A stretch of 63,216 bases of DNA, counting the filler, from Octopus bimaculoides (Eukaryota), in the NCBI RefSeq assembly GCF_001194135.2. It is 6 parts of 5 records of this genome, joined end to end, with 100 filler letters (N's around TTAATTAATTAA, not from the genome) between each part and the next. Parts side by side here need not be neighbours in the genome. Positions count along the whole stretch, not along the records: positions 26,250 to 44,902 come from NC_069002.1; 5 more parts are not named here. The stretch is one strand, 5' to 3'. How positions within the stretch are numbered: position 1 is the first letter of the stretch; the number at the start of each line of letters is the position of its first letter. The notes beneath the pieces were generated by a model. It saw nothing but the letters and a program-made list of their open reading frames with translations. It was not told where the DNA came from and did no database searches. Both the position numbers and the translations under genes were made by a program. Shown one piece after another: positions 26,283-41,126 of this stretch.

Positions 26283-28936
26283 GTATACACACACACAACA
26301 CGCACACATTAACAGACAGATAAGCGGAAATAATTTGCATACGTTACATTGTTCCATATTATTTAATTCCAAAGCATTACATAAAATTGAGAGAAGATAT
26401 CATCTTTTGAAAGATATTCCGGGTAGAAGTAATTACTGAATGTTCCTGTAATATATATTTGCACTGCAATTTAGAATGTATATTCTCGGCACTTTATAAC
26501 CTACATGCGTGAGTGTGTGTGTATGCGATGTCTTAATTTTTACCATGATCTTTTATATTATGGATTTCTCAAACATTTTCTTTATATATGTCTCAACTAC
26601 ACGATGGGTTTCTATAGGTCCAATATTCCTTCTTCTCTTTTAATCAGGATGGACCTGCTTATCCAATAACCCTTCACAGGTCCAAAATTCTGCTGTTAAT
26701 CAGTAAATTTCATGTTCACTAAAATGTTATCTTAAACCTGCGGAATAGTCTACTATTTCACATCCCGTATATGTTGTTGCAAAGTTGCACATCCTGGTGT
26801 TTAATCTAGCTTATGATCTTTAAATCCTCATGCCATACATTTGGTAATTGCCGTGAGAGACTTATGTTCCAGCGAGCAGACATAGAATCCTTCGCGATAT
26901 TTCCAAATTTGACTCAATGAAACAACCTGAATAGAAGATCAGCTCCGTCCTCGGTTCATATTCAATACATCCGAGGAGACTGCAACATCGCAAAATGAAA
27001 TGTCTTTCTATGCACATAACCTAGTGCCCAGTCCAGGAATCAATCTCATGCATGTGAGAGAAACACTCCGGCTGCTAACAAAACGCCTTGCCATATCTCT
27101 ATGTAAACAGTAAACTTTCTAGACTTTTTACTTTTACAGTTTTCCAGCATGTAAAATTTATACAATGTTCATTCATATCGGAGTAGATATGTTTTACCTT
27201 GCCGTGAAAATTATTTTCTGTGGAATCACAAATTAAGTATTTCTCATATTCATCAACTGATTATATTTATATAGTAATTGTAGTAATATATAAATGATAT
27301 ACGCTGGTTCTATTATTTTTGTTTTATTTGTATTTCCATTCTCTGTCTTGTTTAAGCTAATATCATGATTTCTTATTTGTTTTATCCTTCTTTGGTCTTT
27401 TCAATTAAAACGATGTCTCGAAGCGTCATTGTCATCGTCCGCAATCAAATTATCGGTTTTCATTATCTGACCAAATTAGATTAGAAGGAAGGAGTGTTGT
27501 TTTTTTTTTTTTTCAAGAACTCATAAAAGCATTTTTATAATTAACATTTTCCTCACATTCTAAAAGTTGTGAATTATTAATTCTCTAAGCTCAACAAACA
27601 ATCAACACCAACTCATACTATCACAAAATATTTGCTACAACTCCAAACACTCAGACAACATGCTTAGTCTCCTTATGGTTGCTCTTCCCATGTCATTAAG
27701 AAGCCTAACTATTGCTATTTTGACCTGGATCAGATCTGGAATGGAGATCTGGATAACATTGTGCACTTCGGATCATACTTGCTCTGTAAGACAGTTTTCA
27801 ATTCATCTTAAATTCCGATGAATAATAACGAGATGACTAAAGTCACTTATGGCTATCCCTGTGTATACACATGCATATATATACATGTTTATTCTTTTGT
27901 GTCAACGCACGTAAACCTTGGTCCTTGATGCTTCTGTCTCTCTGATATACCTGTCTCTCTTTGTGTTTACATGTGTTGTGTTGTGTCGGTGTGCTGTGTA
28001 TGTGTGTTCGTGTATCTATATTTACAAATACATCTGCGCAGTACGCAAATATATGTATAACGACACCAGTGTACAAATTGACAAAGAAATCCGCGCGATA
28101 ATAAAAATATATCTCAAAGTCACAACTTCTCTCATCAATTTTGAACCAAATATAAACACATTTTAGACACATCTCGACGTTATGGTTCAATAGAGTTGTG
28201 TCACCAGCATATTCTGATTGAGTATCGTCGTCCTCGTGTGCTAGACTAACAACAGCAGGAAGAGAAAAAAATGAGGTTCGTAGACCGAATGTTTAATAAA
28301 GACGCGTTGTTACAAAAAATTGAAAAGATACAAATGAAACAGACGTTTATACATCTTTCGTTTCAGCGACAGAATTAAGAATAAATAAAAAAAAAGAAAT
28401 GCAAACAGGAAAGATAAGGTTTCTTTCTGCCTTGTCGGAGAGAAACGAAAGCAAAGAAAATTTACGAAATCCACAGCCAGAGGAGATGTTTATCCGGTCC
28501 AACGGTCAAATATAAAAGGGAAGAGTAGCATGAAAAACAGGAGGAAACAGCATTATGGTGGCTTGGTAGAGGGGAGAAAAGGAAAGAATATAAGTGACAT
28601 GACAGAGAGAGAAAGAGAGTGGGAGAGAGAAAGAGAGAATGGATTTGCTTTGGCAAAGAGAAAATTAGGATATGATGGCTAGAAACGTGAAAGGATTTGT
28701 CAGAAATCCAGTAAGTTAGGCACATGACAAAGCACATGTAGAGGTGGAAAGAGGTGCGGAGGAATACAACGATAGAGATGAGTGGCACCAAGGTAAGTAA
28801 ATATGGAAAAAGATGGAAATGTGTACAGGCAGGTAGATACAACGTGTAGATGGAGGGAGGTACACAATTTGTGTGTGTGTGTCTGTCTGTCTATCTATGT
28901 ATCCATCTATCCATCCATCTCTCTCTCTCTCTTTCC

Positions 28937-29028
<92 letters not shown>

Positions 29029-29117
29029 GATAATATAGAGACAAAGAACGAGAGAGAGAGCGGGCGGCTGAATGATATGCAGAGAAAGAAAGAAAGAAAG
29101 AAAGAGAGAAGGAAAAA

Positions 29118-29161
<44 letters not shown>

Positions 29162-29181
29162 GAGAAGGAAGGAAAGAAGAT

Positions 29182-29220
<39 letters not shown>

Positions 29221-29659
29221 AAAAAGAAAGAAAGAAAGAAGAAAGAAATAAACGAAACAGAAAGGAAGAATGTAAGAAAGAAAAAATGAAGGAAGGAAGG
29301 AAGAAAAAATGAAAGCGAAATTATTAAGTAGTACGAGGATTAGTATTAATAAATAAGCGTGCGGCTGTGTTGGGCAGAGGGGTGTTGGGTTGGTGAATCG
29401 GTTTTAGTGTTATTGTTAGATAAAAGCGAGTTTTAAAGGATGTTATAAACAGCCTGTTGATTTCTACTGTTTCCTAATACTCACAACAACACGAAACATC
29501 TATTTTATTATCTCAGCTATCGAACTGTGATATCAATATTCATTCTTTGATCATCGCAGGTTGTTGGTTTTCTTATTTTTTTGCTTTACTTTTTGGGGTA
29601 TATTTTTTCCCATTTTTTTTTCTTTCTGCAGTTTATCTGGCATCTTTATTTATATCGTA

Positions 29660-29721
<62 letters not shown>

Positions 29722-29736
29722 TACTACTACTACTAT

Positions 29737-29789
<53 letters not shown>

Positions 29790-29954
29790 TCATCATCATC
29801 ATCATCATCATCATCGCTTCATTATCATCATCGTTAATATATATATGTGTGTTTGTGCGTGCGTATACGTATATTTATATGAACGTGATTAGGAATATAT
29901 ATATGTGTGAGTGTGTGTGTGTATTGTAACATATGAATACACATACACACACAC

Positions 29955-30015
<61 letters not shown>

Positions 30016-30068
30016 CATGTGCATATTATCCTACATACATGCAAAAACAAATACAAATATACCTTTCA

Positions 30069-30103
<35 letters not shown>

Positions 30104-30105
30104 CC

Positions 30106-30180
<75 letters not shown>

Positions 30181-30835
30181 GTGATCCCCATCATCTTTCT
30201 AACTCATTGATGTTACTGTGAATATTCTTCATGACATGGTAAGTACGTAAATGTAGATTCGTGGGAAAGATATTCTTTACATGAAACAGGAACCCGCGAT
30301 TTCATATGCATTTACAAAAATACGGAGAAACGAATTATCTCGATCCAATCGGTTATTTCTCTTTCATTTATTAAATCCAACTCACATCCTCTTTTATAGT
30401 TTTACTTATTTAATTTTTTTTTTTTATTTGCTTTCCTTTTCTGAAAGTGTTGGGGTGGAAAGGAAGAGTGGGTTTGCCTGCTACGGATTTATACATGTCA
30501 GCAAAGAGTTCGCTTTTTTTAACAGCCTTTGCGCAATTGCAGTGTGGTCTTCTCCGAATAAAGCAATCTGCATTGTGCATGTTTGAGTGTGTGACTATGC
30601 ACACACACACACACACACACAAACACACATATATATGTTTAGATATACGTATATATATGTGTGTGTGTGAGTTTGTGTGTATGTATGTATATGTGTGAGT
30701 GCATGTGTGCGGATGTGTGTGAGAGTGTGTGTGCGTATCTGCGAGTGCGTCTGTGTGAATATGTTTATAGGATATCTTTGCAAATTAATATATGAAGTGT
30801 CTGAAAATATATGCGAATGCATTAGTATATATATA

Positions 30836-30870
<35 letters not shown>

Positions 30871-31290
30871 NNNNNNNNNNNNNNNNNNNNNNNNNNNNNN
30901 NNNNNNNNNNNNNNNNNNNNNNNNNNNNNNNNNNNNNNNNNNNNNNNNNNNNNNNNNNNNNNNNNNNNNNNNNNNNNNNNNNNNNNNNNNNNNNNNNNNN
31001 NNNNNNNNNNNNNNNNNNNNNNNNNNNNNNNNNNNNNNNNNNNNNNNNNNNNNNNNNNNNNNNNNNNNNNNNNNNNNNNNNNNNNNNNNNNNNNNNNNNN
31101 NNNNNNNNNNNNNNNNNNNNNNNNNNNNNNNNNNNNNNNNNNNNNNNNNNNNNNNNNNNNNNNNNNNNNNNNNNNNNNNNNNNNNNNNNNNNNNNNNNNN
31201 NNNNNNNNNNNNNNNNNNNNNNNNNNNNNNNNNNNNNNNNNNNNNNNNNNNNNNNNNNNNNNNNNNNNNNNNNNNNNNNNNNNNNNNNNN

Positions 31291-31357
<67 letters not shown>

Positions 31358-33718
31358 TTACACGCACGCACATATATTTGTGCGAGTGACACATATCTGT
31401 TTCACATACCACATCTCAGTTCGTCAAGAGACGAGATACTTTCCCCTTAAAATGCTGAATAAGAAAAGGAAAATTAACTGTATGCATTAGAGTTATCCAG
31501 AAAAGTCCCTACGTGAAAACAAAAGTGAAGAAATGGTGTTATCTTGAATATCTCATACAGAGTTAATATGTATATATTGTCTTAAATCCGGGACGTAACA
31601 TAATTTCGCATTATAGCTAAACTTATATGAACAACTGTTGAATTAAAGAATGGATATAATAACGATAGTCGTATACAAAATGCATGCATGAGACAAAATG
31701 TTTCCGTCTGCATATGGCGATAAACTGAAGGGAGTGCTCATAACACACGTCAGTGGATGCAAAAATCAATAACACAGTAACCATCTTTACATCATCGTTC
31801 TAGTCACTAGTTACGCACAATCTTATGAAAATTGGGAAATCTCACTATACACCTGTCTGCAAGGAGAATCAATCGGATGTAAGTGCACATGAACTGGAAG
31901 GGTCTCTAATATAGGAACGCCTTTAGAAACGAGGCTGCTTTCTCGTTGATAATCAAGCTTTAACATTAAAGAGGACAATCAAAATAAATAATTAGTAAAT
32001 AGTATTTTCTGGAACAATAGATCCATTCATTTCAGTTAGTGACTTATTCACGAATATATCAACACTAGCGCCCCTGAGGAGAAACTCACAAAAGCCCGTT
32101 TCAGAGCTATTTACTTTGAATTGTTATTGTCTCATATCTGATAAGCCTGTTATTACGTACCAAGCGTCGTGATTGTAGTATTCCTAACTTATTAATATTT
32201 CCTCCTGTGTTCTATATACTCTGAGAACAAATTAAAGGTCTTTTATATATTTGTTTGTATGTAGGTGGATTCAGTTCCCGAAATGTTTTGTTTTGTATGG
32301 GAAGATCACATGTTGGCGCATAGAGGGCAGCAGTCCGGATTTGGGTAAAATAAAGTAAGTCAAAAACTGGATTTGAAGCAATTGCTATACACAAATATAG
32401 AACCCGGTATTACATTAGTAATTTGTTATCTGGGTCACCTGTCCTTGTGGGTTCTTGCAAGTTGTATTCGAGGTTCATTACCGTGATTGTTTCTTGTCAG
32501 AATCAATAGATATGTACTGGTAAAATACTCTTTAACTCTTTAACTTGTTTCAGTCATTTGACTGCGGCCATGCTGGAGCACCGCCTTTCAATCAATGAAA
32601 TCCATCGAATATCAATACATTTTTAGTCTTGCATCATTGTTTATTTTTCAATTATTTATGAAAAAAATTTTCTTTAATGATTAGTGTCATTTCCCATTTC
32701 GCTGTTTTTGTTTTTATCGCCACCGCAGTTGTTTGCATTCTTCATGTTGTTTCTTCATTGCTGTTATTCTTTCTGTCACCATCTTCATTTAAACTTAAGG
32801 TAAACTCAAAGAATAGATATTTACAATGTGCAGCCAGCGAGTGAATATTATACGATTTTGGACGAGATTTGTCGATTACTTACAGATTCTTCGCTGTTTT
32901 CTAACACAGATCTTCTAAGATTTCAAGGTGTGGCTGCTCTCTTCTAACACTCGTGCAAAAACATAAACAGTTTTCATTTCATAGGCTTTTCTTATCGTTA
33001 TTTCTAGAGTTTATGTGTCTTTTGTCATGATCTCTACACCTGTTATTCCCATCTCCCAAATATCCTGTTAAACTGCTGCCAACGAAAAGTCTGCTTAGAA
33101 TAATAAGCAATTCAAATTCGTCGGTGCACATGTTTTGTCTTTTATTCCCCTTCACATTTTCACCATTTCTGTGACGGTATATATAATATGTATGTGTTTC
33201 CATGCATGGATTTATATGGCTGAGCACATGTGTATCTGTGATTCTATCCAGGAGTTTGTGTGAATTTGAATGTATAAGTATGTATGTTCTGCACGTGTGT
33301 CATTAAGTAACTTACAAATATATTTAGGCGTATATGCGCTTGTAGATATGTGTTCGTGTATGTGCCTGAGTATATATGTGTCTACAGATATATTCACACA
33401 AAAAACACACAAGTACGCATGTATATTGAGTTAGAGATATGCCAATTCATGTGTATATATTTGTATATTTCAAGTTGGGTATGAATGAGTGAAGTTTTCC
33501 ATGATGTTTTTATGTTACGTACACGGAATGAGATAAATTTAAAGAGAAGCCTCTGCGCACAAAAAGACATATAAATATATGCACACACATACACATACAT
33601 GCATACCTACACGCGTCGTATACAAATAGGTATGTTATATGTGAAGGGGTATATTTACATTGAGAATTACACACTTGTATACATATGCAGACCCACAAAC
33701 TAACAAACACACACAGAC

Positions 33719-33767
<49 letters not shown>

Positions 33768-35817
33768 CATTATATATATATATATATATATATAAATANN
33801 NNNNNNNNNNNNNNNNNNNNNNNNNNNNNNNNNNNNNNNNNNNNNNNNNNNNNNNNNNNNNNNNNNNNNNNNNNNNNNNNNNNNNNNNNNNNNNNNNNNN
33901 NNNNNNNNNNNNNNNNNNNNNNNNNNNNNNNNNNNNNNNNNNNNNNNNNNNNNNNNNNNNNNNNNNNNNNNNNNNNNNNNNNNNNNNNNNNNNNNNNNNN
34001 NNNNNNNNNNNNNNNNNNNNNNNNNNNNNNNNNNNNNNNNNNNNNNNNNNNNNNNNNNNNNNNNNNNNNNNNNNNNNNNNNNNNNNNNNNNNNNNNNNNN
34101 NNNNNNNNNNNNNNNNNNNNNNNNNNNNNNNNNNNNNNNNNNNNNNNNNNNNNNNNNNNNNNNNNNNNNNNNNNNNNNNNNNNNNNNNNNNNNNNNNNNN
34201 NNNNNNNNNNNNNNNNNNNNNNNNNNNNNNNNNNNNNNNNNNNNNNNNNNNNNNNNNNNNNNNNNNNNNNNNNNNNNNNNNNNNNNNNNNNNNNNNNNNN
34301 NNNNNNNNNNNNNNNNNNNNNNNNNNNNNNNNNNNNNNNNNNNNNNNNNNNNNNNNNNNNNNNNNNNNNNNNNNNNNNNNNNNNNNNNNNNNNNNNNNNN
34401 NNNNNNNNNNNNNNNNNNNNNNNNNNNNNNNNNNNNNNNNNNNNNNNNNNNNNNNNNNNNNNNNNNNNNNNNNNNNNNNNNNNNNNNNNNNNNNNNNNTG
34501 TGTATGTGTGTGTACGAATGAGTGTTTGCATACATATGTTTACATATATCTATATACATATGTGCGTGTGTGTGTATAAGTATGTATAAACGTAAATGGA
34601 AACAATATAGACTATACAATATCCAATATACAATATACCAAACAAATAGTAGGAAAAAATAAATAAGCAACAATAGAAAAAACAAACAATAATAAAAACG
34701 ACAAATAAAAATGATACAAAAAAACCTCAGAATGATTTCTCAGAATAATTGGTGCAATTAACCAAAGGATGGCAAAAGTTCAAATATACGCCATTCATCT
34801 TTTCAGTCAAACAACTTCAACGTGATTTTCCTGGCTCTTTTACGCCGTTTTTCTCTCACTCTGTTAAACCTGATCTAACAGCTATTTTCACAAACGCATA
34901 TTCCTAGCTGCCTTATTTCCTACTTACTCATACTTATTCACTGGTTCTTTTGTGAAATGGGAAGTCTCCATATTTTCTGCAATCACTTATGGGTTTTCTC
35001 TTTCTGAATTATTGGGTTGTTCCCCCCACCCCTTGTAATTTTGTGTTCGTTTTGGGTTGTTTCTCCATGCTATAATTTTTGCTTACTTTTTCAATATGTT
35101 TCTCGTTTTTTTTTTTCTTCTTTTCGCAAAAGTACAGATCGATGTTCCAGAGCTGTTGAAATACATTTTATTCAGGCACACCCAAGCACATCCAACGTCA
35201 ACTATTCATAAACGCAGAAAGACACAATAACTCTCATACGTAAACAGAAGCATGGTAAGTTCTAATTGCTGCGAGGAAGATATTTTTCGTTAGATTTCTT
35301 TTTCCCTCGGAGGAAACAATATACAAGATTCATTATATACGTAAGCGCTGTAACCACCAGACGCTTGCGTACATTGATTGCCTAAGACTACATTATCCTG
35401 TATTTGGTTCTTGTCTCAAAATAGCGGGTTTGTTACATTTAGAACATGTCAAAGTGACCATTTAGACTCTAAGATTTCTCATAAAATTAATCACCATATT
35501 CGAAATGAAGGACATCTCAAAGAATATTAGTATTAATAATAATTACTGGTTTCAAACTGTGGAACTCGGGAGGAAATTTTAAAGAGGAGAGGGGTGAGAC
35601 AGATAAAGAGATGGGGAGGGAGGAGAGACAGACAGATGGACAGACGGATAGAGAGGGGAGGGAGGTTTAATTGATTACATCCAATTCAGTGCTCGACGAG
35701 TAACTAATTTATCGACGCCGAGGGGATGTAAGGCAGAGTCGCTTTCAGAGTGGAATATGAACTCCGAACGTTAAGATTTAGAAGAACTGACGCTAAGCAT
35801 TAAAGAAAGGTAGAAGA

Positions 35818-35880
<63 letters not shown>

Positions 35881-35906
35881 CGTACATACGTACATACATA
35901 CATACA

Positions 35907-35940
<34 letters not shown>

Positions 35941-37022
35941 CATACATACAAATAAGCAAACGTTCATAGAATATGGTGCTGCAAAAATATGACTATGAAG
36001 TATGGTACAAATACGCGTGTTGGAAAGAATGGTCAGCATAAAAGGAAATCAAGGAAGATTGAATGGAAAAGAGAAGACAAAGATATAGAGATAAATGAAT
36101 AGGTAGGTAGATAAGAGAGGGGGGGAGATGGATGGATGGATGGATGGATGGATGGATGGATGGAGAAGCAGAAAAAACAAAAAGACAAAAAGTGAGACTG
36201 TAGCAATAAATGAATGGTTGGTCAGTATTAGTATTCTAAAATAATGGGTCGATTTTGCTGCAGTTGGTAAGATTAATGCCAATGATAGAGTGGAAGTATG
36301 GAACCTAAAATACTGTGCTTGGAAATACGTTCTAATAGCAGGAGAAGTGATCGATAATCTTAGTACACGTAATAAATATTATGACTNNNNNNNNNNNNNN
36401 NNNNNNNNNNNNNNNNNNNNNNNNNNNNNNNNNNNNNNNNNNNNNNNNNNNNNNNNNNNNNNNNNNNNNNNNNNNNNNNNNNNNNNNNNNNNNNNNNNNN
36501 NNNNNNNNNNNNNNNNNNNNNNNNNNNNNNNNNNNNNNNNNNNNNNNNNNNNNNNNNNNNNNNNNNNNNNNNNNNNNNNNNNNNNNNNNNNNNNNNNNNN
36601 NNNNNNNNNNNNNNNNNNNNNNNNNNNNNNNNNNNNNNNNNNNNNNNNNNNNNNNNNNNNNNNNNNNNNNNNNNNNNNNNNNNNNNNNNNNNNNNNNNNN
36701 NNNNNNNNNNNNNNNNNNNNNNNNNNNNNNNNNNNNNNNNNNNNNNNNNNNNNNNNNNNNNNNNNNNNNNNNNNNNNNNNNNNNNNNNNNNNNNNNNNNN
36801 NNNNNNNNNNNNNNNNNNNNNNNNNNNNNNNNNNNNNNNNNNNNNNNNNNNNNNNNNNNNNNNNNNNNNNNNNNNNNNNCGTGGTGAGAGGGATAACTCC
36901 CTTGGCAAACAGGACACAGTCGTGTGTCGATAAGCCAGCTGGAGGAGATGTCCTCCTGGGGCTAAAAGCAACAGTAACATCCACCCCTAGGGGTCAGCCA
37001 CACTTAAGTGGCAATATACTAC

Positions 37023-37060
<38 letters not shown>

Positions 37061-37061
37061 C

Positions 37062-37109
<48 letters not shown>

Positions 37110-38209
37110 TAGGTATAGAAATATGTACATATGCATGCATGTATTTAAGTAGGGATAGATATTCACTTATCTATATAAAGGTTTTACATCATTTAAAAGT
37201 GAAAGAAATATCTAAATCACTCTGCATATAAAGTGGCGGGTGAGGTGGAATAATAACTAGGTCTTGGTGCGATATTTATCCTTCGTCTGTGAAAGCATAA
37301 AATTAATGTTGACCACCATGCATTTTTGAACTGACCCTAGAGAAAAGCGCACTAAATAACGTAAGAAAGCAAAACATTCGTTGAAAGAAATACGTTAACT
37401 TCTCTGGCTTTCATTCGACCAGACACTCCTGCAGATTCGTGCCTTAGTATTAAATAATTAATGCATTATTATCGGCGATATCAAATTAGCCTAAGCCTAA
37501 CTCAGAGACGATTTATTCCAACGTAGCCTCTCCATTTACAAGTGCAAATAGCAAATACCCAGTAAGACGCTTTTACGTTAACGGATGAGTTTCATTAAGG
37601 TTTTACTGTATGCAAATCATTCACACTATCAAGAAGTCTTTCACTTTCATGGTAATCCCTTTTTCCTCTAAGATGCTTTATAGGATTATCAAATCGATCG
37701 CCAGTATTTCAGTGCTACTTAACTTTATTCACCGTGCGCGGATGAAAGGCAAACTTCATCGGAGCAGAATTTGGATTCATGATATAAAGCTCCGTTACAA
37801 AATAATCCAGATGCGTCCAACACTGTAAAGGATGACTTATTTACGCTAGAATCTTACAGGACTCAGTTTTAAGTCTAAGCAAAACATTCTTTTTTTTGTC
37901 TCTTTATATTATTTCTGCTAGCTCGCCGTCTTATAGTCATTGTAATACTGATTATAATAATTGTATATCAAACCGACAATCGCTGATTGTCAAATAATGC
38001 CCATTGTATTCTTCTTGGGGTTTCCACAGTCATACAGGTCCTAGCAGCATCATACAAGCTCAGTGTTTCTAATATAAGACATAAGAATCGGTGACCGAGA
38101 TTTGAGAAGTACATATATTCAAATTCTCTTTCTTCATTCTCAGAAAACTGGCGCAAATGCATGTCATGCCCATCCACTTTTCTCCTATGTACATATATAT
38201 GTGTGTGTA

Positions 38210-38272
<63 letters not shown>

Positions 38273-41055
38273 AAGTATGCTTTTACATACAAAAACACGA
38301 ATATATAGACACACACTGTTATATGTATAAAGATGATATTCACGAGATTACGATACTAATTACTTTACATTGCTGTAAAACTTTAGTCTTTCAACAGAGA
38401 ATATCTAATTAAGATGTTTATTGGTTTCAAAATGTAAATTAGCCGTTTTATGCCAAGCGCGTATCATATCACATCACAGCACATCAAATCATTTGGATCA
38501 ATTTCTTTGTTTATGCCCGTGGAGAAGAGGCATTTATTTCAATATTATCATTCCTTAACGCTTAACGGCATTTCGTCCGTCTTTATGTTCTGAGTTCAAA
38601 TTTCTCCGAGGTCGATTTTGTCTTTCATCCTTTCAGGGTCGATAAAATAATCACTAATTAAGCACCGAGATCAATGTAATCGACCTGATCCCTCTCCTGA
38701 AATTGCTGGCCCTGTGACAAAAGATGAAACCAATACTGGAGTTTTTTTTTTTCCGAACCGAAGTATATCAGCAGCTTCCTACCGATAGAAAAAAAAATAA
38801 TAAAAGACTCGTATATCTTATTCTACTATTCTCAATTTGTGGTTTTCACGTTTGTTTGGGAGTCACATGGTGAACGTTTACAGGGTAGGAGCTCAAATTC
38901 CAGGAGTTGTCCTATTAATAGGGCATTTTATTCTAGTAGTGTTTCAGAGTGCACAATCCAAAATATATTATTGATATAACTGGTGAATTAGTCCACGGTG
39001 GAATTTGAACTTCGAGTATATAAACATAGCTGTAATATTTACCAATAGATTGCAAATAAATAAGAAAATATTTAGAGAAGAACAAAAGCAAAAAAATTCT
39101 AATCAATATATAAATATATGCAAATAAACTAAAACAATTAAGATCACAAAAAGAAAACAAAACGAAAAAAGTAATAAGCTAAACAAACCGTATGATTCAA
39201 CCATTATTTATCGTATCCATTTACTGAGAGGAAATTAAAGCGAACATTTATTTTGAGAGAAACGGTGGTATATATATNNNNNNNNNNNNNNNNNNNNNNN
39301 NNNNNNNNNNNNNNNNNNNNNNNNNNNNNNNNNNNNNNNNNNNNNNNNNNNNNNNNNNNNNNNNNNNNNNNNNNNNNNNNNNNNNNNNNNNNNNNNNNNN
39401 NNNNNNNNNNNNNNNNNNNNNNNNNNNNNNNNNNNNNNNNNNNNNNNNNNNNNNNNNNNNNNNNNNNNNNNNNNNNNNNNNNNNNNNNNNNNNNNNNNNN
39501 NNNNNNNNNNNNNNNNNNNNNNNNNNNNNNNNNNNNNNNNNNNNNNNNNNNNNNNNNNNNNNNNNNNNNNNNNNNNNNNNNNNNNNNNNNNNNNNNNNNN
39601 NNNNNNNNNNNNNNNNNNNNNNNNNNNNNNNNNNNNNNNNNNNNNNNNNNNNNNNNNNNNNNNNNNNNNNNNNNNNNNNNNNNNNNNNNNNNNNNNNNNN
39701 NNNNNNNNNNNNNNNNNNNNNNNNNNNNNNNNNNNNNNNNNNNNNNNNNNNNNNNNNNNNNNNNNNNNNNNNNNNNNNNNNNNNNNNNNNNNNNNNNNNN
39801 NNNNNNNNNNNNNNNNNNNNNNNNNNNNNNNNNNNNNNNNNNNNNNNNNNNNNNNNNNNNNNNNNNNNNNNNNNNNNNNNNNNNNNNNNNNNNNNNNNNN
39901 NNNNNNNNNNNNNNNNNNNNNNNNNNNNNNNNNNNNNNNNNNNNATATATATACTTCGATTAGAAGTTGTGTTAATCTCATGAAGGAATGGCGTCATCCC
40001 AGGAAATTCTGGTTCAATACCAAGTATTTTTGAGAATTAATTTTCCTTAAAATAATAGGTGTATATATAAAAACATAGTTTATGTTCATATTAAAGAAGA
40101 AAAAGAAAATGGAGATTGGGAAGTTAATAATTGTTTATTATTAACTGCAAATTAATTACCATCCCTTAGCAGACTGCTACAATGAGTCCATAAACACATA
40201 AATCAGCCAAGAGTATATATTTATCCATATAGCTGAATAAATTCTAACTATAATATTATTTGAAATTTAATCAATAAATATTTCTCCAAAAGACCTCTCC
40301 GTCTAAACCTACTCTACAACCGAATTGCCTCTCTACTCAAATCAACGTACCTACGGAAGACTTTAACTCAACAGAGATTATACAAAGCCAAGATTAACTT
40401 CACTGCATCGTAGTCCAATGGTGACTTTAATGGCCGTACCTTCGAAGTGAGTGTCAATAATAACGTTGTTTAAGAATAATATATGTATAAATATATTCCA
40501 TATATTCCGACATATAAGATGTACGTTTTCCTCAAAAATATCTTCTCAAAATTAACTCTACTTCTCATATGCCCTGATGAGAGCTGAAGGTAATGACATC
40601 TGAAGTTCATTTTGATACCTTGACTTGGGCTCTTACTGTTATCATTGATTTCTTTGCAAACATCGATCATTGTAAGTATTGCCTGAAAGTTGTATCCTTA
40701 GAAAAAGTGGTGTGCAGTTTGGTCTTGCGTTACATATATATTTGAGGTAACTCAATGCACTTTAAATGCAACTTAATAACAACATGACAGCAGAGATATA
40801 ACATCCTTTTTATGTTTAAATATTTCTATAAACAGAGGAGTATACAAGTTTTTAACCGTCCTACGTAAATTTTTTATCTGCATATGAAATATTCGCCAGC
40901 AAATATACAATATTGTAGATAAATATTGATAAATTGAAGTTTTCAGACAATGTGGAGTGTAGTTTCATCATTTCATCATATTGTATCTATTTTATGCATA
41001 CACATTATACATACACGTATGTATACATAGATATATATGTGTATGTACCTGCATG

Positions 41056-41126
<71 letters not shown>

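Noticed and set aside
35130-35260. Plus-strand ATG|GTAAGT donor-like sites (also near 30236 and 60358)
   Set aside because: All frames upstream of the 35.25 kb site are closed and no downstream plus-strand exons were found.
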